Made by a program: the position numbers and the translations under genes. 64,000 bases of DNA, taken from Azolla caroliniana (Eukaryota; Plantae; Polypodiophyta). This document shows, one piece after another, positions 27,101 through 41,358 of this stretch. Position 1 is the stretch's first letter; the number at the start of each line of letters is the position of its first letter. The stretch spans positions 15,748,001 to 15,812,000 of the forward strand of contig JBHGNT010000001.1 of assembly GCA_043228905.1 (NCBI GenBank), in the 5' to 3' direction. Below the pieces are notes generated by a model, which saw nothing but the letters and a program-made list of their open reading frames with translations, was not told the origin of the DNA and searched no databases.

Positions 27101-28299
27101 GGCCACCGTCCTCCTCCTTGTCCCTTTCAAACATTCATATTCATACTTTGCATAAGTTTCTTTTTCAAATTATGCTTTGTCATATTTGTAGCATATTTCT
27201 AGATTTGCTGGTAATGCAGGAAGCATTTGTTGAGACTATATACTTTAGAAGTGCATTATCTTCAACATGAGCCACAACTTATCTATGGTGCAAGGCTTTA
27301 ATAAATATAGATATGATAAATGATGTATATCTTGATGGGCTTACAACAAACAACTCCATCAATGACATCATTGTACGATTTACATTTTCAAGACCAAGGG
27401 CTAGATAACTCAAATATAAGATGGAAATATAGCCAACATCCTCAAACTTTGAGACAAATTTTATTATGCTTAAACACTACTATATAGCATCAAGCATAAT
27501 ATGGCCTTATCTGAGTCAATGTCACATAGAGAACACTATTCCAACTCATTTAGCGCCATGGTAATGAAGGTTTGTAAACCAAGTCATCGTAAAATGTTCA
27601 AAATTATTGGACGAGGATCAAGAAAACGTGAATTTAAGGGCTTAAACCACCCCACGACATCTACATTCTCTCATAAACCTAGGCATTGAAATAGACAAAA
27701 GCAAAGCATTATCATCTAGGTTGGTGATGAAGCTAGGGCGAGTGGAAGGAGCATGTCTTTTACGAGTTGTGAGAACTTAGACGAGAAAGCATGGGTGGGT
27801 CCAACATTCTTAAAATGTCATACTGTAATTTGTCTAAATCGTAACAACCTTTTGAAATCATACTAGCTTTTCAATATAAAACAATACTTTAGAATAACAG
27901 ACAAATTATACTCACAAAAATGAGTAAATCATGAGAAAGACATTGTTTTTATAATAAGACAAATTTCTCATAGACAAAAATATACTCATCTTCTTTATAT
28001 TGTGGTTAATGACAGGATTCCAGGAACATTTCAAACAAAATTTCCATGTGACATTATTGTTTATTCACGTTTGCAACAAGAAGCTAAAAAGATGTAGTGT
28101 TATTGTTTTCAAACCTTCGGTTGCAAAAAGTAGTTTTGGGAAGCCATCTATTGAGTAGTTTTGTTAAAAGTAAATGCATGACACCATATTTTATGTATAG
28201 CCATAGGCCTTTCTTAATACTAACGTAATATCCTTTTTTTGTAAATAAAAATAAATAAATGCATGAAGCCATATTTCGAGGACAACTACAAGCATGAAT

Positions 28300-29575
28300 G
28301 ATACATTGATGGCTGTTAAGGGTGTTTCACCTAACGGGTGCATTTCTTATTTTGAGGTCCTAGACAACAATATATTGCGATCTTATAATTTTGATTGTAG
28401 TTATCTACAAGACTTGCGAAGTGCACCAGTTTGAGTGGTCGCTAAAACTGGAAAGAAATGGATGCTTGATCCTTACCCTTCAATTGCTCATATGTGTGAT
28501 ATCCTATGGTTATACGCAAAAGACCTTGTTGTAAGATTAACACAGGATTCAGGGGGTTGGCTTTGGTCACACTCCTTGGGGGCAAAGATCATAAAGGTCC
28601 CCTTCTTTCAGTACTCAGTAAAACTTGGAAGATCAATACTGCTCTCTCGGAATGTAACGATACCAGCAACTCCGAAACATTGGACCAATTGGGGTGTCTC
28701 AACTTTGCATTTGAGAACCTACTGGAAATGGAACTGGTCATTTAAAGGGCCAACTAAATTTATTCTCTTTCGATGGCTATTAGTGCATATGGCACTACGA
28801 GTTGGTCAATCATTGAAAGGGAATGTAGCACCCAATTTGTGGCAATGTGGCTTTTATCATGAAGCTCAGGAGACTACCAATCATATCTTATGGTCTTGTC
28901 CCTTCGCTCAACAACTATGGAATAAAGTCATGTCTTTATTCCTAACAATCAATGTCGGTTGCCTATTCTCATGGGGATAAGCAATGTGGGGAGTGTTACA
29001 TTCTAGCTTGATTTTGTATGAGGCAAACGATGTTCATGAAGCAATGACAATACATAATAGAAGATTGATATTAGTTAGTCCCTTTCAACAACCTCGAAAG
29101 CAGGTACGACCTGTCTAGATTTGGAAAACAGTGACCAAAATAACATTATAGGCATTATGAAAATGTCGATGTAACCGTCTTTATGAAGCAACAAACATTC
29201 ATCTTTCAGATGTGCTGCTTGAGATATGGGAGAACTTGCTGGGAGTAGTTCGTGGCCAGTATGATAATATGCATGGTTCCCAAGAGAGTGTGAACAAGAG
29301 AAAGAAAAAGCTTCTTAACTTATGGAAAAAGTTTCCCTTGTTTACAATGTCAACTCAAGAGCCTCAATGGCACTACTATCGACTTCCATGGACTCTTTCT
29401 TGAATATCAACAAATTCCAACACCTTCTACAAAGTTTGATATTTGGTCCTAAGATTATTTTTTATCATTGTACATAAAAAGTTGTAACCTTCTAGGCAGT
29501 TAGGTTCAAGTTATAGCCTTCGGGCGTTTTTTTCTTAATACTATTGAAAAAAATCTTAAAAAAGAAAGAAAAAAT
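28300..29575 (+). mobile_element. 5'-truncated, degenerate L1-type LINE
   Basis: zf-RVT-like region (W..KGPTKFILFRWLL...ETTNHILWSCPFAQQLW) in ORF 28435-28980; A-rich tail at about 29547-29574; 14-bp TSD CTACAAGCATGAAT at 28286-28299 and 29576-29589. Confidence 0.9.
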
Positions 29576-29875
29576 CTACAAGCATGAATTTGCATCCTCT
29601 TGGATAAGCCAAAACCATAAACATGAGGGATTTGTGTAAACCGTGCATATTAGGCTTGAGCTCATAAACTCAAGGTTATGAAGCTTGTGAAACTACTTTA
29701 CTTAAAAGAGAAAATGACATGTGTCCTACTCAAGTAATTAAATTTCTTGTGAAATATCCTCAAATAAGCATCCACAAAGTGTGTACATGTATGTGCACAT
29801 ACTATTACTTTTTTTTTGTAACACTCCATTGTGGGCGGGAAAATTAAGGTAAAAAAACACATGCGTGCTTGTGCA

Positions 29876-30324
29876 TAACAATCGGCAATGGTTCGGTTCG
29901 AGAGTGTCAAAATCAAACCGGTTAAATTTTTTGAAACTTGAACCAAACCGAACCACGAAACCTTAAACCGAACAATTAAAAAAAAATTAAAACAGTTAAA
30001 ACCGCAATTTTGTGGTTCAGTTTCGGTTTTCAACTTAGGTCCAAATTCAAATTTTAAAAATTTAAAATATTTCATTATTTTAAAATTTTAAAGATTTTCC
30101 TAAAATGTGAGAATAAGGCTTGAAAATGAAAAGATTGTTTAAAAAAAAATTAAAAAATACAAAACCGTTAAACCATTTAAACCGTGGTTTCTAACTGTTG
30201 AAACCTAATCGAACTGTTTAAAAAAACCCAAACTTGAACTGAACTGAACCGTTTTAAGCGTTAAGATGGTAAGCCATGGTTTCACGGTTTGTTTTGGTTC
30301 AAATTGAACCACTGCCGATTGTTA
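29876..30324. mobile_element. non-autonomous hAT element (MITE)
   Basis: TIR TAACAATCGGCARTGGTTC; perfect 8-bp TSD CTTGTGCA; many subterminal AAACC(G) motifs. Confidence 0.92.
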
Positions 30325-33300
30325 CTTGTGCACACCTATAGTTCGATGTGTAAAATGATAAAGACAATGCTTTCACATTTTGTGGGAGGCCTTCTATATA
30401 TTTTTGTCTTAAGGGTAATGCGATATATTTTTACCCATATCATTGCAAATGTGTTAATTGCAATTTTGTTTAGGTACAAAATGCAACCTCAATATTGCAA
30501 AGCACAAAGAATTACCATGTTTATTTGCTTGAACACTTGGTTTTTCATCCCTCATCATCTCTATCAAGTAGCGCTCTTGAGTCTTGACCTAAACAACCAA
30601 TTTCTAGCTACAAACTTCTAAACCCCATTGCATAGATGCAATACTTTACATTGTGCTTTAACATGTAATGCATTATTCACTCACCCTTAGGGTATGCATT
30701 TGAAGCTTTGTTTCATCTTTTTTTATCTCCAAATATTTTACTATAATCCAAAATAAAATGTAGTCACTCTTCACTTGATTCAACTTTGTTTACCCACAAA
30801 TATTTTACTAAAGTTCTGTTGAGAATCAAGCTCAACATAGTGCAACATGTGAACACACCTTTTGAGAATCCATGATTACTCAAAGGTCAAGAGTCACACC
30901 ACTACTCTTTACACATTAACTATGTGTCATAGAATCATATTCTATGACACATAACTAATGAGTTACATATTCCCCATGACTATGAGTCTTCACATTCCTC
31001 AAGAGAGAGAGTGGTTGTTGTAAAGTTAATGAAGAGAGATGGTGACTCTATATAAAACGCCCTCCTCATACTTTATACTAAGTCGATTGTGACTCCTTGT
31101 AATGCTACAATTTTGTATATCCATTCTACTTGTGAAATATAGATCTTCTTCTTCTTGAGTATTCCCTTTTCTATCTATCTTGTGTTCTCTCTTCTCTCCT
31201 CTAATTCCTCTCACACATACACATAACACACATCTCTTCCGCTACACAAGAATCATACCTGATTCTTTACATGGTATCAAAGGGATTTGGTAGCTCGATC
31301 TAGCCCACTCGCCTCATTGTGATCGTGTGTTGTGCTCTACGACGACGTTCAAGAAGAACCGACTCATTGCAACCGTAGTGTGACTACATAGCTCGTGTTC
31401 AAGAGAGAAGGAAAAGAAAAGAAGGAAGAAATCTACATCGACAATGAATACTCAAATGGGGAGTGTTCTCTCTAGCGAGAAGTTGGATCGCAACAACTTT
31501 GCATCTTGGGAGTACAAGATGCACCAATACATTGTCGGCCAAGGCTATTGGAGCTACATCAAAGGAGCACAAGAAAATCGGCCTAACCCGGAAGACGCCG
31601 ACTATACAATGTGGGAGCAAGCGGCAAGCCGAGTGATGTATTGCTTGGCGACATGTGTTCACGATCACATGCTCGGGTACATTCGGGAAGCCAAGACGCC
31701 GAAGGAAGCGTGGGATTACGAAAGATTTTCGCCGCCAACACTACTGCGAGAAAGCTTCAACTCCACCAAGAGTTGAATAATATCCAACAAAGGGATATAT
31801 CCGTCACGAGCTACACCTTGAAGATCAAGGAGATTTGTGATTCGCTCGGCTCAATAAGCGTAAACCTGGAGGATGACGAGATGGTGCAAATATGTCTCGG
31901 CGGCCTTGCACCACGATTCAGTGCGATGCGGACCGCCGTACTAGCACGGGAGAATCCGCCCTCCTTCTTCAATCTTCAATCCATGTTGCTGGTCGAAGAA
32001 AACCATGTTCGAACAAGGAGTAATGGCTTGGAAGGCCAAATGCTCTATATGCACTTGGACGGAGGAAGAGAACGTGATTGTGCAAGAAGAGGCCGATTCA
32101 GCCAAGGACGAGGCGGATGAGGCTCAGGTTATGAAAACAACTCTCAATTACGACAACAAGATGGAGGCCATCGGGGAACCTTCGAAAGAAGGGGGAGCCA
32201 CCATTCCGGTCTGAGCCGACAAACCTCAATCAAATGCGGATATTGCGGAAAAATCGGTCACCACGAAGACGAATGCCGTAAGAAGATACGCGAGTCGGCT
32301 TCCACTAGCTGACAACTCACCAATTACACCATCAACTCCGACTATGATGATCGTGACGGAATGTTCGTGATGAGACATAGAGAAAATTCTATGTTGACCT
32401 CTACTTCTACTAGTGCCTCCGGTCCAGAAGACGTATGGTTCGTCGATTCCGGTGCCTCGAACCATATGACATCGCATCAAGAATGGTTCTGAGAACTTCG
32501 AGAGCTGGAACGACCCGACTATGTCGAAACCAGAGACGACACTATGCATATGATTCGGCACATCGGCAATGTTCTGTTTAGAGAAGAAGGTAAGCAAACT
32601 TACATTAAAAATGTCTTGCATGTACCAACTATCACGAAGAATTTGGCCTCCGTCGGCCAAATTGTAGAGCAAGGAATGCAAGTATGCTTCATCGAAAAAG
32701 AGGGCCGACTCATCGCTCGTGGACGAAGAGAGGGCCGCATGTTCATTCTCAACTCACACGAGATGAAATCGGCCATGTTCGCAAAGGGCATGAAAGCCGA
32801 TTCCGACATAGAGTTATGACACAAGAGGATTGACCATATAAACCTCCAAAAGCTCAAGGCAATGCAATCGAAAGGAGTCTTCATCGGGCTCCCGACATTC
32901 ATGGAGAAAGAGGTTGAAGGCGTGTGTGCCGCTTGCCAATTCGGCAAGCAACATCGGCGCCTGTTTTCGAAGGAGCGGAACATGAGCAAAGGCGTACTCA
33001 ACGTAATTCCTTTCGATGTATGGGGTTCGGCTCAGACGGCTACATTCGGCGGATGCCGATACTACGTGGCCTTCATCGATGACTTCTCCAGGCACACCTG
33101 GATCTACCCCATGTGACAAAAGAGCGAAGTGTTCGGACACTTCCAAAAATTTAAGAATGAAGTCGAGAAAGCCACGGGCCGACATGTACGATGTCTTCGG
33201 TTGGATGGAGGCAAGGAGTACTTCTCCGACGAATTTTCGGTGTTTCTACGGAAAGAAGGAATACGACGAGAGTTTTCGTGTCGACATACGCCGCAACAAA

Positions 33301-35333
33301 ATGGAGTGGCCGAACGCATGAATTGGCACATCCTCGAAGTGGCACGGGCTATGCTTAACGAAAAGCACATGCCGAAATCGTATTGGGCGGAAGCAACTAA
33401 CACGGTTGTCTATCTCATGAATCAGTGTACGATATCAGGTGTGCACGAACTTACTCTGCACGAGAAGTTCTTCGGAAAGAAGCCGGACCTATCACATGTT
33501 CGGATATTCGGCTCCATTGCGTAGGTGCACATCCCTGACAAGAAATGTCAAAAGCTTGACCCGAAGTTGGAGAAATGTATCCTCGTGGGATACTCACTAG
33601 AGAAAAAGGGGTACAAGTGCTACAACCCCTCAACACGAAAATCTCAAGTAAGTCGAGACGTCGTTTTCGACGAGTCCGCATCCTGGTATGCACCAGAGAC
33701 AAATTCGACTTTGATTCCGCTCGACCCGGATTCCACCGAAATAGAGATAGAAGCCGAAGATCGACTCACGCGCATGTTCAAAGAAAGCCCAATTACGAAA
33801 AGGCTTAGTGGGCCAAAAGAGCCCCCGAGCGATCAAAGCACATCTCGACCGAGTCCGAAGATGGACAAAGGGAAGGCGAAAATGCCGGAGTATGAAGACG
33901 ATTACTTCGACGGCAACGAATCGACTCACTCCCTCGATAGTGAGTTCGAAGGCCTTGAGATCTAGACAAATGGAGTGGAGAAAGCCGTAGTATCCGCAAA
34001 CAAGAAGCTCCGCCGATCCACCCGTGAAAAGAACCCCGTAAGCCGATTCGGCTACAACAATTATATGGTGTACCATTATGCTTTTATGATGAAGGTAGCA
34101 AAAGTACGAGAGCCGGAAACCTTTTCCGAAGCTGCAAAGGACCCGCGATGGATCACAACAATGAACGAGGAGATGCGTGCATACGCAAGAACGAGACATG
34201 GGATCTCGTTCCCCACTCACCTCACAAGAAGGCAATTGGCTGCAGATGGATCTACAAGGTGAAGTATAATGCCGACGGCTCCGTCAACCGCTACAAAGCT
34301 CGACTCGTAGCGAAAGGATACGCACAAACACATGGAGTTGACTATGAAGAGACCTTTGCCCCGGTGGCAAAGATGACAACGGTGCGGATCGTGATTGCAC
34401 TTGCAACGGCAAAAGGGTGACACCTCCACCAAATGGACGTCAAGAACGCCTTTCTTCAAGGCGCATTAGAAGAGGAGGTGTACATGGTACAACCTCCCGA
34501 CTTCGAATCGCGCATTCATCCGAAAGCCGTGTGCCGACTCAAGAAGCCACTCTACGGCCTCACGCAAGCACCGCATGCTTGGCATTCAAAGATTACGCAA
34601 TATCTTCATCAAATCGAATTTTGAATGTCGAAATCCGACAACTCCCTCTACGTACGCCACGACTCTAGAAGCCTAATTGTATTCATCATCTACGTGGATG
34701 ATCTGGTTATTGGAGGTGAGCATTTAGTCGACATCAACAAGGTGAAGTCCCTTCTCTCCAACAAATTCGAGATGACGGACATGAAGGAGCTTCATTACTT
34801 CCTAGGCATCGAGGTAATTCGGACTCTGGCCGACATTATGATTTCCCAACGACACTACATCCTTAACTTGTTATACAAGTTCGAGATGACTCAGTGTAAA
34901 TCTGTGGCAACCCCTCTTGATCGAAACCTTAAATTGGATGCCCACTCCGGCATAGAAGAGTGTGAGCCGACCCAATATCGTCAATTGATCGGGAGCCTCA
35001 TCTATCTCACGATCACTCGACCCGACCTTAGCTATCCAGTTGGATTCCTTAGCCAATTCATGCAAACTCTGCAAGATATCCATTTCGAATACGCTAAGCG
35101 AGTATTACGGCACATGAACGGCACAATGGATTACGACGTTCACTACGCATCAGCCACACCAATACGACTCGAAGGGTACACAAACGTGGACTGGGCAGGC
35201 AAAAAGCCAATCGATGATCAACCTCCGGATTTGTCTTTTCGCTTGGTAGCGGAGCAATATCTTGGAGTAGTAAGAAGTAGCCTACCGTCGCACTTTCGAG
35301 TACAGAGGCCGAATACAGGGGCGCAACCGTAGC

Positions 35334-38300
35334 TAGCAATGGGCCCGGTTCGGTTTCAATACCTTGAAACCAAACCAAACCAAACCCTTTATATAAAACT
35401 GTAAAGAATCAAGAGATGGATTCTGTGCAACGGAATAGATATGAACTGTGTGTGTGTATGAGAGAGAGAGAGAGAGAGAGAGAGAGTGAGAGAGACAAGG
35501 AGTAAGACGCAGAGAATATGCAAGGTAAAGTATATTAACAAGGGAGAAAGACTCAACATTATACAAGGTGGGAGGAGGGTGCTTTATATAGTCACCCTCT
35601 CTCTTCATTAACTACAAGACTCATGGAGCATGGGGAATATGAAAGCTCATAAGTTATGTGTCATAGAATCATATTCTATGACTCATACTAAATGCTAGAA
35701 TACAAAGTGGTGACATAATGGTGACTCTTGTCCGTTGGAGTGTCTATTCACTCTCAAGGTGAGTTCACACACTAGACCAAGTTGAGCTTGATTCTCAACA
35801 CGCCCCCTCAAGCTCAAGTCGGGTCGGTTTCAGATGGTATCCGAAATCCGCTTCGACTCGCGTTTTGGAGTCTGCGTCAACTCGTGTCGACTCGCATTTA
35901 TGCGGAGTTGTGGAATCCATGCTCCAGCTTGCGTTGTGCGTAGTTGAGAAGTCTGTGCTTCGGCTTGTGTATTTCTTCGCGGCTTTGCACGGTAGATCGG
36001 CTCTTCGTAGCTTCGTGCGGATTCCACGCGTTATTGCGTAGTGTCTTCAATACTCCCCCTCAAGCTTGGCAGGTCAGGAATCGTCAATCCGAGATCGATC
36101 ATGAATTGCCATAGCTTGTTGGCTCTGAAGGCTTTAGTGAAGATGTCAGCCGTTTGAAGATTTGTGCTAATGTGTTGTAGGTCGACATCGCCAACTAGAA
36201 CGCGCTCTCGGATGAAGTGATAGTGCACTTCGATGTGCTTTGTTCGTGTGTGGAACACCGGGTTCCAAGCCAGATAGATACTACTCATGTTGTCGCAGTA
36301 AAGGGAAGTCGGATCCTTGGTGGGTACGCCCAGATCCTTGAGTATCCTTTTGAGCCATACGACTTCACATGCGGCCACTGCCGAGGGAAAAAACAAATCC
36401 GGAGGTTGATCTTCTATCGGCTTTGTAGCCGGCCCAATTGACGTTTGTGTACCCCTCGAGTTGTATTGGCATTGCGGTCTTGTAGAGGATGCCGCAATCC
36501 ATTGTGCCGCTCACATATCGTAGAACTTGCTTAGCGCAATCCAAGTGAGTATCACGCGGTGTTTGCATGAATTGACTAAGGAGACCGATTGGATAACTGA
36601 GGTCGGGTCGAGTGATCGTGAGGTAGATGAGACTCCTGATGAGTTGTCGATACTGAGTTGGCTCACACGTTTTGGTGCTGGAGTTCGCATCTAGTTTGAG
36701 ATTGCGATCGAGCGGGGTTGCGGCGGATTTGCACTTAACCATCCTGAACTTGTATAACAAGTTGAGGATGTAGTGCCGTTGAGAGATCATGATTCCGGCC
36801 GGAGTCCGAATTACCTTGATGCTGAGGAAGTAGTGGAGCTCCTTCATGTTCGTCATCTCGAACCTGTCGGAAAGGAGGGATTTGACCTTATTGATTTCCA
36901 CGAGATGCTCACCTCCAATGTCTAGGTCATCCACATATAAGATGATGACGATCGGACTTGTGGAATCGCTTCGTATGTAGAGGGTGTTGTTCGATTTTGA
37001 CATACGGAAGCCGATTTGATGAAGATATTGCGTTATCTTCGAATGCCAAGCACGCAGTGCTTGCTTGAGGCCGTAGAGTGGCTTCTTGAGTTGGCATACA
37101 ACTTTCGGATGGGTGCTCGAGTTGAAGCCGGGAGGTTGTATCATGTACACCTCCTCTTCTAATTCGCCTTGTAGAAAGGCGTTCTTGACATCCATTTGAT
37201 GGAGGTGCCACCCTTTCGCCGCGACAAGCGCAATTACGGTCCGTACCGTCGTCATCTTTGCCACTGGCGCAAAGGTCTCTTCGTAGTCAACTCTGTGCGT
37301 TTGTGCGTAGCCTTTCGCTACGAGTCGTGCTTTATAGTGTTTGACGGAACTGTCAGCGTTGTACTTCACTTTGTAAATCCATTTGCATCCGATCGCCTTT
37401 TTGTGTGGTGAGGTGGGAACGAGATCCCACGTCTCGTTCTTGCGTAGTGCCTGCATCTCCTCGTTCATGGCTTCAATCCATCGCGGATCCTTGGCTGCTT
37501 CGGAAAATGTTTCCGGCTCGCGTACTGTCGCCACCTTCATCATAAAGGCATAGTGATATGCCATGTAATCGTTCTAGCCGAATCGACTGACCGGATTCTT
37601 TTCACAGGTGGAGCGATAGAACTTTTCATTTGCAGAGATGAGGGCTTTCTTAGCTCCAATTGGTAGATCGATGCCGCCGAACTCACTGTCGAGTAGGTGA
37701 GTCGACTCATCGTCATCGAAGCGATCATCTTCGTATTCCGACATTTTCGCCTTGCCTTTGTCCATCTTTGGGCTAGGCCATGATGTGCTTTGATCGCTTG
37801 GAGGCTCGTGTGGTCCGCTCAGTCAGGTCGTGATCGGACTTTCTTCGATCATGCACGTAAAACAATCTTCATCCTTTATCTCTTGTTCGGTGGATTCCGG
37901 GTCGAGCGAAATCGGAGTCGAAGTTTTCTCTGGTGCGTACCAGGATGTGGACTCGTAAAAAACGATGTCTCGACTTGAGATTTTCGAGTTGATGGGTTGT
38001 AGCATTTGTACCCCTTTTGTTCGAGTGAGTATCCTACGAGGATACATTTCTTTGACTTTGGATCTAGCTTTTGCCGCTTTTCGTCGGGTATGTGCACGTA
38101 TGTTATCGCGTCGAATATCCGGGTGTGCGATAAGTCCTGCTTCTTTCCGAAGTATTTTTTGTGCGGAGTGACCTCGTGCACTCCGGATGTTGTGCACTGG
38201 TTCATTAGGTAGACGACTGTATTTGCAGCTTCGGCCCAATAGACTTGGGCATATGCTTCTCGTTCATGATGGCCCGCGCTACTTCGAGGATGTGCCGATT

Positions 38301-41300
38301 TTTGTGCTCGGCTACTCCGTTTTGTTGTGGAGTGTGTTGGCAAGTGAATTCTCGCCAAATTCCTTCCTTTTGAAGATACGGCGTGAAATCGTCCGAGAAG
38401 TACTCCTTGCCGCCATCCGATCGAAGGCATTGTACATGACGACCAATGGCTTTTTCGACTTTGTTTTTAAACCTTTGGAAGTGTCCGAATACTTCTCTCT
38501 TTTGCCACATCGGATAGAGCCACGTGTGCTTGGAGAAGTCGTTGATGAAGAGCATGTAATATCGGCATCTGTCGAATGTAGCCGTCTGTGCCGGTCCCCA
38601 TACATCGGAATGGACTACGTCGAATAAACCTTTTCTCACGTTCTGCTCTTTCGGGAATGGGTGTCGGTGTTGCTTGCCGAATTGGCACGCTTCACATACA
38701 CCTTCAATCTCCTTCTCTTTGAATGTCGGGAGTCCGATGACGACTCCTTTCGATTTCATTGCTTTGAGTTTGTTGAGATGTGGCCGATTCGCTTGTGCCA
38801 TAGCTCTATGTTGAAGTCGGTTTTCGTGCTTTTTGTGAACATGGCGGATTTCATCTCGTGTGAATCGAGAATGAACATCCATCCCTCTCTTCTTCCACGT
38901 GCGATGATTCGGCCCTCTTTTTCGATGAAGCAGCCTTCTTGGTCGAATCGTACTTGCATCCCTTGCTCAACCATTGGCCGATCGAGACCAAGTTCTTCGT
39001 GATGGTGGGAACATGCAAGACATTTTTAATGTATGTTTGCTTACCTCTTTCGCCAAACGGAACATTGCCGATGTGCCGAATCGGGTGCGTAGTGTCATCT
39101 CCGGTTTCGACATAACCGGGTTCGGCTCTCGAAGTTCAAGAAACCATTCTTTATGAGATGTCATATGGTTTGAGGCTTCGGAGTAAACAAACCATACGTC
39201 CTCCAGATTGAGGGCACTAGTTGAGGTAGAGGCCGACATAGAGTTTGCTCTATGTTTCATCGTGAACATTCCGCCAAGGTCGGAGTTGTGTGTGTACATT
39301 CCACCACGATCTTCGTAGTCAGAGTTGTGCCCGTACATTCCGCTATACTCTTCGTAGTCGGAATTATGCGTGTAATTCGTGAGTTGTCGTCTTGTGGAAT
39401 CCGATTCGCGCATCTTCTTTCAACACTCTTCTTCGTGGTGGCCGAGCTTTCTGCAATATCCGCATTCGGTTGCGTTTTGACAACTCGGGCTGGAGTGAAA
39501 GCTCCCCCTTCTTGCGAAGGTTCCTCGTTGGCTTCCGTTTTGCGGCTGAAATTGGGAGTTGTCATAGGCCAGACCTCGTCCGCCTTGTCCTTGGCCGAAT
39601 CGGCCTCTCGCTTGTTCACGTCCTCTTCCTCCGTTCGAGTGCGTGTAGATTATGTGGCCTTCCAACTCATTGCTCATTGTACGCACGTGGTTTTCTTCGA
39701 CCAATAGCATTGATTGGAGCTCGAAGAAGGAGGGAGATTTCTCCCTTGCTAGAACGACGGTTCACATTGCGCCGAACCATGGTGCGAGGCTGCCGAGGCA
39801 TATTTGCACCATCTCATCATCATCATCGATATTTACGCTTATCGAGTTGAGCGAGTCGCATAGCTCCTTGATCTCCAAGGTGTATGTCGTGATGGACATG
39901 TCCCTTTGTTGAGTGTTGTTCAACTCTTGGCGGAGTTGAAGCCTGATTGTGGTTGTGTTCGCCGCGAAAATCTTTCGTAGATTTTCCCATGCCCTCCTTC
40001 GGCGTCTTGGCTTCGCGAATGTAGCCGAGCATGTGATCGTGAACACATGTTGCCAAGCAATACATCACGTGGCTTGTGGCTTGATCCCATGTCGCGCATC
40101 CGGGAGCCGTTTCGACGGGTCGGTCTTCGTGCGTTCCTTTGATGTAGCTCCAATAGCCTTGTCCGACAAGGTATTGGTGCATCTTGTACTCCCAAGATGC
40201 AAAGTTGTTTCGATCCAACTTCTCGGTAGGGAGAGCGCTCCGCATTTGAGTATTCATTATGTCGATTCTTCTTCTTCTTCTTTTTCTCTCTTCGAATGCG
40301 AGCTATGTAGCGAAGCTACGATGGCGATGAGCCGATTCTTGGTCGTCGGCGTAGGACACAACACACGTGGATAGGCTAGATCGAGCTACCAAGTCGCTCT
40401 AATACCATGTAAAGCATCAAGAAATGGATTCTGTGCAGCGGAATAGATATGAACTGTGTGTGTGTATGAGAGAGAGAGAGAGTGAGAGAGAGACAAGGAG
40501 TAAGACGCAGAGAATACGCAAGGTAAAGTATATTAACAAAGGAGAAAGACTCAACATTATACAAGGTGGGAGGAGGGTGCTTTATATAGTCACCCTCTCT
40601 CTTCATTAACTACAAGACTCATGGAGCATGGGGAATGTGAAAGCTCATAAGTTATGTGTCATAGAATATGATTCTATGACTCATACTAAATGCTAGAATA
40701 CAAAGTGGTGACATAATGGTGACTCTTGACCATTGGAGTGTCTATTCACTCTCAAGGTGAGTTCACACACTAGACCAAGTTGAGCTTGATTCTCAACAAA
40801 AACAAAAACCAAACCAAATCGTTTATGAACATTCAAACATTTAAACCAAACTAGTTAAAAAAAAGGTAAACTAAACCATTTAAACCAAAACCGTTTAGGG
40901 AAAAGTTAAAACCAAACCAAACCATTTAATAAAAAGTTTAAACCTAACCACATTTAAGCCAAGCTAATTAAAAAATTAATTAAATAAAAATACACAAAAT
41001 TAAATAAGCATTTATGTTAAAATAAATAAATAAATAAATAAGATTAATTGAGCCATTAGGTTAAATAAACAATTAAGTTAAGTGAATTAAACCAATGAAA
41101 AACATTAATTAAATCATTAAATTACATAAACATTAAATGGATAAAAAAAGATATCCCAAAAACCTATAAACCTATAAACCTATAAACCAAACCTATAAAC
41201 ATATAAACCCTAGTTTTAAAACCAAACCGAACTGAAATCGAACCGTTTATTATTAATTAAAACCAAACCAAACCATTTAATTATTTTGGAACTTATAAAC

Positions 41301-41358
41301 CTTTAAACCATGGTTTAACGGTTCAGTTCGGTTTAAGCTGAAACTGGGCCCATTGCTA
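35334..41358. mobile_element. non-autonomous hAT MITE inserted in the Copia RNase H and itself split by a Copia
   Basis: TIR TAGCAATGGGCCC; 8-bp TSD ACCGTAGC/GCCGTAGC; body at 35334-35399 and 40804-41358 with AAACC repeats. Confidence 0.9.
35400..40798 (-). mobile_element. Ty1/Copia with both LTRs, degenerate (inner element)
   Basis: LTRs 40408-40798 and 35400-35800; PBS TGGTATTAGAGC; PPT TGAGGGGGCG; 5-bp TSD AAAAC; RT ORF 36365-37564 (399 aa, YVDD). Confidence 0.96.

Noticed and set aside
24500-28285. Possible decayed transposase, Helitron or gag remnants upstream of DTC
   Set aside because: Only weak motif hints in inconsistent order; cannot be assigned without a profile search
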